Below, one piece after another: positions 16,500 through 32,575 of a stretch of 64,000 nucleotides of DNA. The stretch spans positions 84,134,001-84,198,000 of the forward strand of contig OZ024743.1 of assembly GCA_964016885.1 (NCBI GenBank). Direction: 5' to 3'. This stretch comes from Eledone cirrhosa. Its lineage: Eukaryota. The notes under the pieces are model-generated. The model ran no database searches. It was not told the DNA's origin and saw nothing but the letters and a program-made list of their open reading frames with translations. Every line of letters begins with the position of its first letter. Position 1 is the stretch's first letter. A program made the position numbers and the translations under genes.

Positions 16500-16796
16500 T
16501 GTGTAGGTGTGTGTGTGTGTCTGTGGTGGTAGGTGTGAGTGTATGTATAAGTCAACCAACATAAGTCTTTTGATTTGTAAACTTTCTAAGTATTTGACTC
16601 TAACCATAATTTTCAGTATTACCACCCCACATAAATTCCTCAATTTGTATGTGTGGATGTGTGTGTATGTCTGTGGGGGTGGATGTGAGTGTATGTGCAA
16701 GTCAACCAACATAAGTCTTTTTATATGTAAATTTTCTAGTATTCTACTCTAACCATAATTTTCAGTAGTACCACTCCACATAAATTCCTCAATTTA
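16500..16796. repeat. Tandem duplication, 150-bp period
   Basis: GTCAACCAACATAAGTCTTTT at 16551 and 16701 with similar flanks. Confidence 0.85.
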
Positions 16797-17101
16797 AGAA
16801 TGACCTGTAGTATCTATTTTATACTATCAACCTCAATTGAATATATATCTGACCAGGAATGCTTTTTGTGAAAATCAGTCATATGGAACTATTGTCATCT
16901 TGCCTGTCGGTTTGAACTTTACAACACCACCTGCCTCTTTGAGGTCAAATACCAACCCTACTAGCATCTACAAACTGACCAATGAGAATTAAGATTATTC
17001 CTGCTGACAATATTAAATTATTCCTAACAAGCTCATATGTCCCAAGGCTCTGATACAATCAACACTATAAACACAGAGCTGGCATATCTAAGAACTGACT
17101 A

Positions 17102-17157
17102 ACTGTCTGATGAGGTCAGAGCCATTCAATGGCTATCATCGAAATATATATAGCAGT
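17102..17157 (+). ncRNA. Type I hammerhead ribozyme (Penelope-type)
   Basis: ACTGT-CTGATGA-GGT..AGCCATT/AATGGCT..ATC-GAAA-TATATA-TA-GCAGT. Stems I and II pair and stem III is palindromic. Confidence 0.7.
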
Positions 17158-17198
17158 AAATAAAGGATTATGAGTTCATGCAATTGACTTATGTTTCG

Positions 17199-17278
<80 letters not shown>

Positions 17279-17360
17279 GGAGGTGAGTTTTATTGTAGTA
17301 CAATAAAGCAATGCAGATATCGGATAAGAAGCACTACAGTTTGTAGGACTGGAGTATACA

Positions 17361-19079
<1,719 letters not shown>

Positions 19080-19101
<22 letters not shown>

Positions 19102-20060
19102 CGAAAACAACGAAGCAAACAATGTAGTATAATGAAGATATATATAGGTTTAACGATTGATATAGTACGAAAAGTGTCTTCACGTTTCGGACACTAGTCC
19201 TTCATTAGAAGATAGACTAAGAAATAAAAGGAGAAATAGAAAAGGAGAGGAGATTGAGAAGAGGATAAAACGGAAAAATATTTTTGGCAAGAAAAAGCAT
19301 GTATGTATTCAGTCAGCCATTTCTATTTTTTAACGATTTTGGTAAAGTATTGATAATTATTGTGATTTACATTTATAAATAATTAGCAGAGTTTAGGAGG
19401 AACACATATAGTTAGGAGCCCTTAATCTGCTAAAAAGACAATAAGCTAATGTAAATCAGTTTTATAATAGAAAAATACTATACTGCGTTTGATGCTTAAG
19501 TCGATTAATTGTTCCGAGGTGTATTAAGTTCGGTAACTCTTGCTGAAAAACACGCAAAAAATCTACACAAAGACTAAACTGTTGATATAGTATAAATTGG
19601 TGAAGAATATATATTCTCTCTCAACACGAGTAATAAAATGTACTTGTTTTGTATAAAACTGATTTATGTTAGTTGAATAAAAATGATTTAAAGTAGATTA
19701 AGAATTACGTGATATTTTTATATCTCATAACACCTGTTGAAAAGAACATGAAACTCTAGGTTTATAATTGATCTTTGAGTGTTAGTTTTAATGGTTATCA
19801 TCAACTCAACGGTACGATTCAACTTATTCAAATGTTTTTTCCTGTTATTTGTTTCTCTGTTCAGTGTTTATGGATATTACGTTTGGCAGCCATTTCAATG
19901 TAATAGAAGAATCGATTAAAAGATATACGATTATTTTTTCACTTCCATTGATAATATACGCACAATGGCTAGAAATCAATAAATATTTCCAAATAATTCA
20001 CTTGATTTTGATCATAATTTCAGGAGAAAAGAGTTGCACATGTTCTCCGAGACTAGACAA
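19080..20060 (-). mobile_element. Heavily decayed Penelope-like remnant ending in a mutated minimal hammerhead
   Basis: On -, TCTT-CTAATGA-AGGAC-TAGT-GTCC-GAAA-CG-TG-AAGA at 19177-19212. The upstream extent is a guess. Confidence 0.4.
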
Positions 20061-20664
20061 ATTAATATAGGTTGAAGAACTGTAAGTCAACCCATGCATA
20101 GGAGTGGGTGGGGGCAAACATGGATTGGAAGGGAATTTCAGAGGCATATTCTAAAGAGGAGAGATTCGATTTAGTAGATAGCGTCGGATAACACACCATG
20201 GGTGACCATGAATGGGCTGGGTGGAGGGTTACGTAAGTAGCTGGTTCCGAGGGAACAGAAGCCATTGGAATAACTGTAGACTAGGTAAAGTGAGATGACA
20301 GAGTAACTAGGGAATAGTGTTACAGTACGTTTGAAATTGAGCCTTTACTAATCAGTGGGGTGTCTTTGTTTGGTTTCAGTCTCAAATGTCTGAATATGTA
20401 GCAGCAATAATGCCAGAAATTCAGGAATAGTATTCCACTGTGTGTCATGAACTTTCAGCAGCGGACCTAAACTGAAGTATTTTCTGGCCAGGAGATGGAC
20501 ATCTGGCAGTTTCGATCCCCTACCCACGGTACTGCTGATCTACCCAGGGTCGTAGCGTCTGACACAAGCCAAAGCGCTGTCTGTGGAATAAGAGACAAGA
20601 CAAAACAATAACACACACACACACACATACACACATACACACACCCACACACACACACACATGC

Positions 20665-23600
20665 ATTGCCAATACTGCCAATACTGTCAATAATGTCAAT
20701 ACTACCAATACTGTCAATACTACCAATACTCCCAATACGGTCAATACTGCCAATACTGACAATACTGACAATACTGACAATACTGACAATACTGTCAATA
20801 CTGTCAATACTGTCAATACTACCAATATTGTCAATACTGTCAATACTACCTATACTGCCAATACTGTCAATACTGCCAATACTGCCAATACTGTCAATAC
20901 TGCCAATACTGCCAATACTGTCAATACTGCCAATACTGCCAATACTGTCAATACTGCCAATACTGCCAATAGTGCCAATACTGTCAATACTACCAATACT
21001 GTCAATACTCTCAATACTCTTAATACTACCAATACTACCAATACTGTCAATACTGTCAATACTGTCAATACTGTCAATACTGTCAATACTGTCAATACTG
21101 TCAATACTACCAACACTACCAATACTACCAATACTACCAATACTACCAACACTACCAATAATGACAATACTACCAATACTACCAATACTATCAATAATGA
21201 CAATACTACCAATACTACCAATACTGCCAATACTACCAATACTACCAATACTGCCAATACTTCCAATACTACCAATAATGACAATACTACCAATAATGAC
21301 AATACTACCAATACTACCAATACTGCCAATACTACCAATACTACCAATACTACCAATACTACCAATACTACCAATACTACCAATACTACAATACTACCAA
21401 TACTACCAATAATGACAATACTACCAATACTACCAATACTACCAATAATGACAATACTACCAATACTACCAATACTACCAATACTGCCAATACTACAATA
21501 CTACCAATACTACCAATAATGACAATACTACCAATACTACCAATACTGCCAATACTACCAATACTACCAATACTACCAATACTACCAATACTACCAATAC
21601 TACCAATACTACAATACTACCAATACTACCAATAATGACAATACTACCAATACTACCAATACTACCAATACTACCATTACTACTAATACTGCCAATACTG
21701 CCAATACTACCAATACTACCAATACTACCAATACTACCAATACTACCAATACTACCAATACTACCAATACTACCAATACTACTAATACTGCCAATACTGC
21801 CAATACTACCAATACTACCAATAATGACAATACTACCAATACTACCAATACTGCCAATACTACCAATACTACCAATACTACCAATACTACCAATACTACC
21901 AATACTACCAATACTACAATACTACCAATACTACCAATAATGACAATACTACCAATACTACCAATACTACCAATAATGACAATACTACCAATACTACCAA
22001 TACTACCAATACTGCCAATACTACCAATACTACCAATAATGACAATACTACCAATACTACCAATACTACCAATAATGACAATACTACCAATACTACCAAT
22101 ACTACCAATACTACCAATACTACTAATACTACCAATACTACCAATACTACCAATACTACCAATACTACTAATACTACCAATACTACCAATACTACCAATA
22201 CTACCAATACTACCAATACTACCAATACTACCAATACTACCAATACTACCAATACTACCAATACTGCCAATACTGCCAATACTACCAATACTACCAATAC
22301 TACCAATACTACCAATACTACCAATACTACCAATACTACCAATACAACCAATACTACCAATACTACCAATAATGACAATACTACCAATACAACCAATACT
22401 ACCAATACTACCAATACTACCAATACTACCAATACTACCAATACTACCAATACTACCAATACTGCCAATACTGCCAATACTACCAATACTACCAATACTA
22501 CCAATACTGCCAATACTGCCAATACTACCAATACTACCAATACTACCAATACTACCAATACTGCCAATACTGCCAATACTACCAATACTACCAATACAAC
22601 CAATACTACCAATACTACCAATACAACCAATACTGCCAATACTACCAATACTACCAATACTACCAATACTACCAATACTGCCAATACTGCCAATACTACC
22701 AATACTACCAATACAACCAATACTACCAATACTACCAATACTACCAATACTGCCAATACTGCCAATACTACCAATACTACCAATACTACCAATACTACCA
22801 ATACTGCCAATACTGCCAATACTACCAATACTACCAATACTACCAATACTACCAATACTACCAATACAACCAATACTACCAATACTACCAATACAACCAA
22901 TACTGCCAATACTACCAATACTACCAATACTACCAATACTACCAATACTGCCAATACTGCCAATACTACCAATACTACCAATACAACCAATACTACCAAT
23001 ACTACCAATACTACCAATACTGCCAATACTGCCAATACTACCAATACTACCAATACTACCAATACTACCAATACTGCCAATACTGCCAATACTACCAATA
23101 CTACCAATACTACCAATACTACCAATACTACCAATACTGCCAATACTGCCAATACTACCAATACAACCAATACTACCAATACTACCAATACTACCAATAC
23201 TACCAATACTACCAATAATGACAATACTACCAATACTACCAATAATGACAATACTACCAATAATGACAATACTACCAATACTACCAATACTACCAATACT
23301 GCCAATACTACCAATACTACCAATACTACAATACTACCAATACTGCCAATACTACCAATACTACCAATACTGCCAATACTACCAATACTACCAATACTAC
23401 CAATACTACCAATACTACAATACTACCAATACTGCCAATACTACCAATACTACCAATACTACCAATACTACCAATACTACAATACTACCAATACTGCCAA
23501 TACTACCAATACTACCAATACTGCCAATACTACCAATACTGCCAATACTACCAATACTACCAATACTACCAATAATGACAATACTACCAATACTACCAAT

Positions 23601-24549
23601 ACTACCAATACTACCAATACTACCAATAATGACAATACTACCAATACTACCAATACTACCAATACTACCAATACTACCAATACTGCCAATACTACCAATA
23701 CTACCAATACTACCAATACTACCAATACTACCAATACTACCAATACTACCAATACTGCCAATACTACCAATACTACCAATACTACCAATGCTACCAATAC
23801 AACCAATACTACCAATACTACCAATACTACCAATACTACCAATACTGCCAATACTACCAATACTACCAATACTACCAATGCTACCAATACTACCAATACT
23901 ACCAATACTACCAATACTACCAATACTACCAATACTACCAATACTACCAATACTACCAATACTTCCAATACTACCAATAATGACAATACTACCAATACTG
24001 CCAATACTACCAATACTACCAATACTACCAACACTACCAATACTACCAATGCTACCAATACTACCAATACTGCCAATACTACCAATACTGCCAATACTAC
24101 CAATACTACCAATACTACCAATACTACCAATACTACCAATACTACCAATACTGCCAATACTACCAATACTACCAATACTACCAACACTACCAATACTACC
24201 AATGCTACCAATACTACCAATACTACCAATACTGCCAATGCTACCAATACTACCAATACTACCAATACTACCAATAATGACAATACTACCAATACTACCA
24301 ATACTACCAATACTACCAATACTGCCAATACTGCCAATACTGTCAATACTACCAATACTACCAATACTGTCAATACTGTCAATACTGTCAATACTACCAA
24401 TACTACCAATACTGTCAATACTGTCAATAAAGCCAATACTGTCAATACTGCCAATACTGCCAATAATACCAATACTACCAATACTGCCAATACTGCCAAT
24501 AATACCAATACTGCCAATACTGCCAATACTGTCAATACTGTCAATACTG
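20665..24549. repeat. 9-bp satellite array (AATACTACC/AATACTGCC/AATACTGTC), ~3.9 kb
   Basis: About 430 tandem units, followed by (TATG)n at 24549-24660. Confidence 0.97.
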
Positions 24550-24659
24550 TGTATGTATGTATGTATGTATGTATGTATGTATGTATGTATGTATGTATGT
24601 ATGTATGTATGTATGTATGTATGTATGTATGTATGAATGTTTGCATGTATGTATGTATG

Positions 24660-26575
24660 TTATCTCTTTCTCTTAATTTCGAGTATATTTTTTTGACCGG
24701 CCACCTTCCTGGTGGCAAGGTTGTAAAAGAAAAGAAATTGTCATCCATTGAATCGCAAGAATGTTTTGCAAATTTTGAAGGTGCCAGCTATCGCAGCCAT
24801 TTGTAGACTATGAATTAGGGAGCTGCGCTTTTTGTCCGCAAATCCAAGTTCAGTCATACTTTGGTCCAAGCGGGTTGGTATATAACCCGTAGCTCCAATA
24901 ATGATCGGTATGAAGCTAAAGGTGTATCTTGGATACTGGATTTGTAAACCTCATCAATGGTCCGTAGATGTCCTCCTTCTCCTGTATTTTTCTGACAACG
25001 TTTACATAAAGTGGGCGGCTGATCTCCACAACAGAACACGTTTTCAATGTGTGGTCCCAAACAACTATATCAGGCCGGTTGTTTTTATTTTCAGGTTCCA
25101 CCAGTATTCCTTAGTGCCATCTGTCTCAATATATTCTTCCTCGTTTGTTGTTAATTTTGTTTTCCGAAGTGCGTTCCAGATGGTTCTAGCTATCCCATCG
25201 GGCCTCATGGGGAGGTAGTAGCGAGATGACATTCTTTCGCAGCTGGCAACAATGTGGCTTACATCCTCGATCTTTGTTTTACATAGCCTACATTTATTGT
25301 CAGCTGCTGGCCCTCCTCTTTTGTGCAGTAGATATTTGGTAGGGAGTTTTTGTTCCTGTATTACATAGAGTTATCCCTCAAGGTGTGATGTCATAAACTT
25401 GTCGGAACTCCATGCCAGGCTTTTTGAGTGGTTTATCCTCTCTATGGTCTGTGTTTTACGTCTCAAGTATCCATGCACAACTTTTTCTGTAAATTGGTCA
25501 ATTTTTTCCTCTTGTTTGAACATTGAATAGGATCTTCCGATTTCTCTGGGTGAGAGATTTATACCAGGCTTTATTCCATATCTCTCCTCCAGATCAGTCG
25601 CTATTCTAATGATATTTTTTTTTCATGCTCATAAACCTGGGCAATATGGTTGCCAACCTTTTTCCTCTGTTGAAGGTGTTGCTTCAGTGTTACTATCCGG
25701 GTCTCATATGTTGTTAATATTGATTTTAGACCCCGGCCACCTTCCTTGCGTGAGAAGTGTAGCCTATCCACATCACCATTGATGTTAAAGTTCCCAGTAA
25801 CACTGAGAAGTTTGCGAGTTCTAACATCCATCTCACTTAGTTCTTGCAATGACCAGTTCAGCAGGCTAAATGTTGGTGTTAGAATTGGCACAGCATAAGT
25901 ATTGTGGGCAATGTATTTGTTATACGCTGACAGTTCTGATGACCATATTTTCTTTACTCTTCTGAGGTATTCAGTTCTGGTTCTCTCCTTATTTATGGGT
26001 CCATCATATCTGACATTCTCATCCTGTCCAAGATATCTGTAGTTGTCACTTGACTGTAGAGGTTGTATTGTCAGGCCGTTCATCTCTAGATTTCTAGAGG
26101 AGGGCACAGCTCTTCCACGTTTTACTGCCAAATATGCACACTTGGACTCACCAAATTTCATTTTGATGTCTGTTGAAAATTGTGTAATGAGGTCCAATTG
26201 TTTCTTGATGTCATTGATATTTGGCCCATACAACTTCAGGTCATCAACAAAGAAAAGATGGGAGATACTTCTGGACCCACTTCTTTGTCCACCTTGTTTC
26301 CTGAGTAAGTAAGATAGTGGATTCAGTGAGAGAACGAAGAGTAGCAGTGACAAGCTATCACCCTGAAAGATGCCCTTCTGGTAATATATCTTATCAGTCT
26401 TAATTTGCTCCTTCTCACCTCTAAGGATCAAATTGGTGTACCAGTTCTTGGTCAGGCGTTCAACAGCAGCTACCAATAGTTGTGGGACTTTGGCTAACTG
26501 TAAAGCCTTAATAATCCACCGATGAGGTACACTATCAAATGCTTTTTGATAGTCCAGCCACACCACAGTCATGTT
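24660..26575 (-). mobile_element. 5'-truncated R4/Dong-clade non-LTR retrotransposon (RT + restriction-like endonuclease)
   Basis: WLDYQKAFDSVPH, GIFQGDSLS, SHLFFVDDLKLY, RKEGGRGL, the CCHC knuckle CRLC..EDVSHIVASC and NRPDIVVWD...VVEIS. Frameshifted; stop at 24741-24743. Confidence 0.88.
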
Positions 26576-27029
26576 TCTGCGATTCTTTGTTGTTTGACTA
26601 CTAACGGAAATGGCAATGTTAATAGTGTGTGTGTAGTTAAAGAGTGATTGTGTGAGAGTATGTATGTGTGAGAGACAGAGAGAGAGGGGGAGAAAGAGAG
26701 AGAGAGAGTGTGTGTGTATTGAACTTCCGTCAGTTCTGAGTACGAATGTTTCAGTTGTTTGATCAACGGAACAGCATGATCGTAAAGTTAACCTGCAAGT
26801 GACTGAGCATTCCACAGATATGCGTAATCTAATCATTACTTGCGCACACAGCAGAATATGGAACGCCAGAAACATATTTCAATTGATATTCGAGAATGTT
26901 CGTGATTGCATTTTTAGGTCAATTACTTCCCACGAGAGGCCGGCATTTACGTTTACATTTAACGTAGTTCTCAGGGAGATTCAGTGTGATACCGTGTGTG
27001 ACAAGGTTCGTCCCTTGAACCATAAGTAC

Positions 27030-27170
27030 AACTAATTTTAGTGAACTGGAGCAACGTGAAATAATGCGTCTTGCTTAAAGACACAAGGCGTCGCCGAGAT
27101 TCGAACTCACGACCATACGATAGTGAGAAACTTCCCACCACCATCACCGACAACCAAGCCACACATCTTT
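27030..27170 (-). mobile_element. tRNA-derived CORE-domain SINE
   Basis: On -, TGGCTTGGTTG..GAGTTCGAATCTCGG..GTGTCTTTAAGCAAGACGCATTATTTCACGTTGCTCCAG. A similar copy lies on + at ~32848-33110. Confidence 0.75.
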
Positions 27171-27714
27171 ACTATTTGTACTGGACTTAGGGTGATGAGT
27201 TGGCAAAATATGTAGAACGTCGGATAAAATACCATTACGATATCTGTTCTGGCTCTTTACATTCTGAGTTCAAATCCTGCTAAGGTTAACATTGCCTTTT
27301 ATCCTTCCAGGATTGATGAAATAAAGTACCAGTCAAATACTGGGGTTGATTTAATCAACTTTGCTCTTCCCCCAAATGTCATGGCCTTGTGTCTAAATGT
27401 TTCCCCAACTTTAACAGTAATTTCATAGAGTCAGTAAAAGAAATATATATGAAATCATTTAAAAGCTATCAACATTCATATGAAGTATATGCAAATGTGT
27501 GACGTCCGAACGAGTACCTTACACTTCCGGCTTACTTACTCTCCGCCTCTGGGTCCCGGCCGACAGAATGGAGAATGCATTGCTCCGGTGGACGACGAGA
27601 AAGACGCGCTGAAGATTAGAAATGAATATCAGCACTTGATTAAGGATGGTAGATTAGTAGAATTGGTAGAGCATCGGATAAAATGCTATTACCATATTTC
27701 CTTTCATCTATCTG

Positions 27715-28125
27715 AGGTTTTCTTCTTCACCCACATCTTCCTGAGAGGTTCGTGAAAGCAGAGACCTCAAACACTTCTTCCAGCGGGTCCTGTCAGAAGC
27801 AATTGTCTCCAACTGATCCGGCTGGATCTCCAAGCGAGACCAGCCAAGCTCATGGATGTTATCTAACGATCTTGCTAGGGCTTTACCCATGGGTTCTCTG
27901 TCGGTTGGTTTTGCCCATAAAATCTGTCCAGCGATTCTTTCCTGAGACATTCTAACCACATGGCCATAGTATCAGAGCTGTGATCTCTCAATTAGGAGAT
28001 GTAGCGGCTCTACCTGTAGTGACTCTCTGATCTCCGAGCTACCCACTCTATCGAGTAACGTTACTCCAAAGACCCTTCGAAGGAATCCCATTTTGGCCAT
28101 TTGTATTCGCGATCGTATTCTTTCA
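27715..28125 (-). mobile_element. 3' fragment of an RTE-clade (Expander-like) LINE
   Basis: Decayed SEIRESLQVEPL..IERSQLxYYGHVVRMSQERIA. Related fragments on + at ~40600-40980 and ~42360-42585. Confidence 0.7.
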
Positions 28126-28721
28126 GAAGTCGATAAAATAAAGTACAAGTGTGATTGAATTAATCAACTTTCCCTTCTCCCAAGTTTGCTGGCCATGTGC
28201 CTAAATTAAAAATCAATATTAGTGTTTGACTCATTGACATTTTGGTGTTTAGTTACATTGAATTATATTCTGGGTTCAAATATTTACGGAAATATATTTA
28301 ACTTTCATTCCTCCAAGGGCGATAAAAAAAATACCCGGTGGTTGTTGATGGTGGTGGTGGTGGTGGCGTCGGCTGCGGCGATGGAGGGGGGCGATTGGGG
28401 GTGGTGGTGATGGCTGTAGTTTTGTGGTTATTGTTGCAGTTGTTGTACTTGATGGTGGTTTTGGTTGTCGTTGTAGTGGTGATGGTGGTGGTTTTTATTG
28501 TTGGTGGTGGTGGTTGTCGTCGTGGTCACCACCACGATGACAGAGCCTTAAACAGAGGAAGAACAGCAACAGTGACTAGTGCAAGGGCGGCGTCGAGGGT
28601 GAATGGAAGAAGGGATGGTGGAAATGATGAATGGAGGGGGTAGCTATTCCCATACCGGAGACCCTGATTCAAATACAATAAAGCGTACTGCGCTAGAATT
28701 ATGGCTCTTTAAGTTCTGAGT

Positions 28722-29655
28722 CCTGGTGTTTCTCCAGTGCAAGGCGCATACAATAGTCCACTACGATTATAAAAAGGTAGGGAGCCAATGTATCTCCCTG
28801 GAGCACTCCAGCCAGTATCTCAAAGAACTCTGTCATCCCATCAGGTGTAATGACTTGGGCTTTGGTGTTGGTGTAGAGCAGTGATATCAGGTCCACTATC
28901 TTCTTGCCGACGACATAGTTTTGGTGACAAATACAGTGAAGGAGGCAGAGGATTTGATGCAGGAGGTTGAGACTGTGTCGATGAGTGTGGGGCTGAGAAT
29001 GAATGAGACTAAAATAAAATATCTGGTTGAGAAGACAGAGGGGATCACTAATGTAGGCGGAAGCCGCTAGAATTGGTTGAGGACTTCCTGTATTTGGGAG
29101 CAAAGATTGAGAATACGGAAGATGATGTGGTTGAGAGGAAGAGAAAAGCCTGGGCGGCGTGCCACAGCTTGAGATCGGTATGGAAGTCGAACCTTCGTAA
29201 AGACCTGAAAATCCGCCTCTTCATTGCTGTAGTGGAGTCTGTGCTGCTGTACGGGTCTGAGACTTGGACTCTGACCAAGAAACTCACTCAGATGGTGGAT
29301 GGATGCTACACGAGAATGCTGAGGATGGCTCTGAACATTAATCAGTATACTCTGAGGATGAAAAACTCAGAGCTGTATGGGAGCCTCACAAAAGTCAGCT
29401 CAAAAGTGACACAGAGGAGACTGAGGTTAACTGGACATGCTCACCGACATCCAGAGTTGACATTGCACTCAGTGCTCCTGTGGGAGCCCCTACATGGACA
29501 CACTGGAAGAGGAGGACCAAGGTTAACGTATGTTGATGCCCTAAGGACAGACACTGGTCTGTTGGAGACGCAGGACATGGCAGCGATAATGAGGGACAGA
29601 GACCGCTGGAGAGAACTCGTCCATGGATCTCGGGAATTTTATCTGCCCTAGAAAA
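28722..29655 (+). mobile_element. 5'-truncated RTE-clade LINE with inverted 5' segment, inserted into a SINE
   Basis: 28722-~28900 encodes GVLQGDTLAPYLFIIVVD on -. ~28900-29651 encodes ADDIVL...VEDFLYLG...LLYGSETW on +. Target duplication TAAGTTCTGAGT (28710-21)/TAAGTTCTGTGT (29656-67). Confidence 0.88.
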
Positions 29656-31553
29656 TAAGTTCTGTGTTCAAAACCTGTTGATGTCAACTTTGCCTTTCAT
29701 TCTTTTCGGGTCGATAAAATAAAGTACCAGTAACATACTGAGTCGATGTAAACGACTTTTTACTCTTTACAAATTGCTGGTCTTGTTCCAAAATTAGAAA
29801 TCCTTGTTATTTAGCCTCAGGTCAGTCCTCATTCAGCAGACTCAAAACACTGATGCCTATGAGCACCTTTATTTTAAGAAATATATATCCAGAACCACAT
29901 TGTCTAATATGTTCTTCACATTTTTAAACAATACGTTATAATTTGAGATACTTTTGGCTGTTATTTCTAGTAGCTCTAACAACTGTGCGAGAGTAGCTTT
30001 TTTTATTCGCTTGACTACCAGTAATCTCCCTTGATTGGCATAATAGATATATAACAGTAACCTCCCTTGGTTTGTTACAGGAAGTGAAGACTTTGTTTGA
30101 GTTATCTTACCCCTGAAGAGTGCCTTCTGGTATAGAAAAGTTCTTCCTTCTTCATCGAAGGTCAAACATTTCTGTCACGTACCACTGAGTCTCACCAATA
30201 CCAAGGCACGGTATGTATATTATATATCACAATTTCATAGCACATTTACACCTATTTCACTGATCTACTTCATGTTTTCCCTATATATAACATAAGCGTG
30301 TGTTTATATATATTTAATGGCAGATTATGTAATTTACAGGAAAATATTTCTAAGCTTTTCATTCACAGTTGTATAAATAACATCACAAATTGTTTTAATT
30401 TCTTATAGAATTCATTAAAATATAAAAAATTAGCTTCCTGTCTCCTTAATTATTCATATATTGTAGTGCACCTGAGCACTACACAATAATTTCATTATTA
30501 TTATATACATATATATATATGAATAACTAAAAAGACATACACACATGCTTTGTTATTCCTGACTTTCACACCTCAAATGACCTCTTCGATCTCTACCGTA
30601 TTACCTCACGTTCTCTCATTAGCTAGTCTAACCTCCTCAAGGAAGGAAATGTCCACCACGAGCCAGTCTTTATGTGGTCGCTCAACTTGCCAAGAATAAT
30701 AGTCAAATCCACCTTTTAAATTAAACCCACTTTATTAAGCAAATAAACGACTAGTTGTAGTCCGAAATAAAATATTTCCTAAGTCTAACAAAAAAAAGCT
30801 TTAAAATGGTGAAAACTATATTTTCCCGAAAAACTTCGTAATGAAATCGTTAAAGGATATAAATATCAGTGTACATTAGATTCTATATAAATGTAAGATT
30901 TTTAATTAAGCTCTGGAGGGCTTACATAGATGATGCAGTGTTGTTTATTATAGTCTCTATAAAAATCCTGGATGGTCACAAATGGAATGTCCTTGATCAT
31001 AGGTCTACTAAATCAGGACTGACCTCCGGAGGGTTAAACAATAGCTACTTGTTTAATCTACATAAATTGAGGTTACTGATAATTAATAGTAGAATTTTTT
31101 TATTATTCATAGTTGTATAAATAACATTACAAATTGTTTATAATTCTTACAGAATGAAAATATAAACAAATAATAAATAGAATTAATTATTGTTAGGGAC
31201 CTCACAAATATAATGCACAAAAATCTATGATCAAAGCGAGAGAAAAGAGAAATGAAAGAAAAAAAATTATAGTAATACATTATACGTTTAAATATAAGTT
31301 AATATAGTTCCACTTTACCCCCTCCACTTCTATACTGTGTTTAATTAATTAATCCGTGTTAATAATTAATTTTAAACAATTTTACTAATTTATCTATTTT
31401 AAAATAACTTTTAATGTTCTTAGCGGGTTTCTCTCGTATTTTTAAATTGAGAAATTGTAAAGAAACGAAAACCCATTTTCGAAAATAAATTTCCGCTTCT
31501 GGATTGACAAACTTATTACTGAATTTATAAACTTAATACTATTATTGTGTGTG

Positions 31554-31585
<32 letters not shown>

Positions 31586-31700
31586 ATGTACATATACAGT
31601 CTATGGTGCTGAGATCGGGGAAACCGCTAATCATGGGCGTACTCAATGCGGCGGCACCGCGGTCAGGATGCTCTCTCTCTCTCTTTCTTATATATATATA

Positions 31701-32575
31701 GAGGGTGTGGACGATATTTGTTCGCAATTTTCAACTGCTAATTTTTTGTCAATTTTTTTTTTACTTCCGTTGTCTTCATAAAAACAGTGATTATATTTGC
31801 ATTATTTATTTTCAGAATAATTGATTATGAATAATTTTTTACCTCCAAATTTGTGGAAAAGACACGGAGTTCTTCTTGGAATCCGCGCCGAGGGGACAAA
31901 TAAGGACCAGAAGATCAACTCCAAGAACAACAGGTGGCTCGCTGTCTCATCCAAAGACGTGCCCAGAGTCATGCAGACAAAATTTCCAGCGACAGCATTG
32001 GTCTTAGGTGTCATCAGCAGTCAAGGTGACGTCATGCCACCTCACTGCTACCCGGAGGGCCTCAAGCTGAACACCGATGGCTACATCCACGTTCTGAGCA
32101 AGGTAGTAAAGCCCTGGATCGACCAGGTAGCTGCCGGTAGGCCGTACGTGTGGCAGCAAGACTCAGCGCCCTGCCATAGCAGCCGAAAGACCCAAGCCTG
32201 GCTGTCAGAGAACTTCGTCGACCACACTTCACCTGACATCTGGCCTCCCAGCTCGCCTGACTACAACCCCCTCGACTTCTTTGTGTGGGGCGCAGTGGAA
32301 CGAGACACCAACAGATCTAGCTGCAATACGAAAGACGAGCTGAAGGCCAGGATCACAAGTGCCTTTAGGGGCCTAAGTCGGGGGACAGTGATGAAGGCCT
32401 GTAGCCAGTTCCGAGGCCGTCATCAAAGCCAATGTCAGGTTTATCGAGTGAGATCGAAAGAACAAGTCATGAAGACAAACTGACCCAAGTTTGATAAATA
32501 TATCTTAAAAAATAAAACTACTGTGTTATTTTTTCCTAGACAGTAATCTTGCGAACAAATATCGTCCGCACCCTG
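31701..32575 (+). mobile_element. Internally deleted Tc1/mariner transposon, DD37D (maT) family
   Basis: 27-bp TIRs at 31701-31727 and 32549-32575 (2 mismatches), flanked by TA and TG. Transposase remnant 31821-32483 has WQQDSAPCH...WPPSSPDYNPLD with 37 residues between the second and third Asp. N-terminus and first Asp are missing. Confidence 0.92.

Noticed and set aside
20666-24748. ORFs up to 898 aa of (ILP)n / (VLV)n
   Set aside because: 9-bp satellite artefact.
31420-31670. Candidate COX6C promoter / non-coding first exon
   Set aside because: A non-coding first exon must exist because the ATG follows an acceptor, but I see no convincing donor here to define it.
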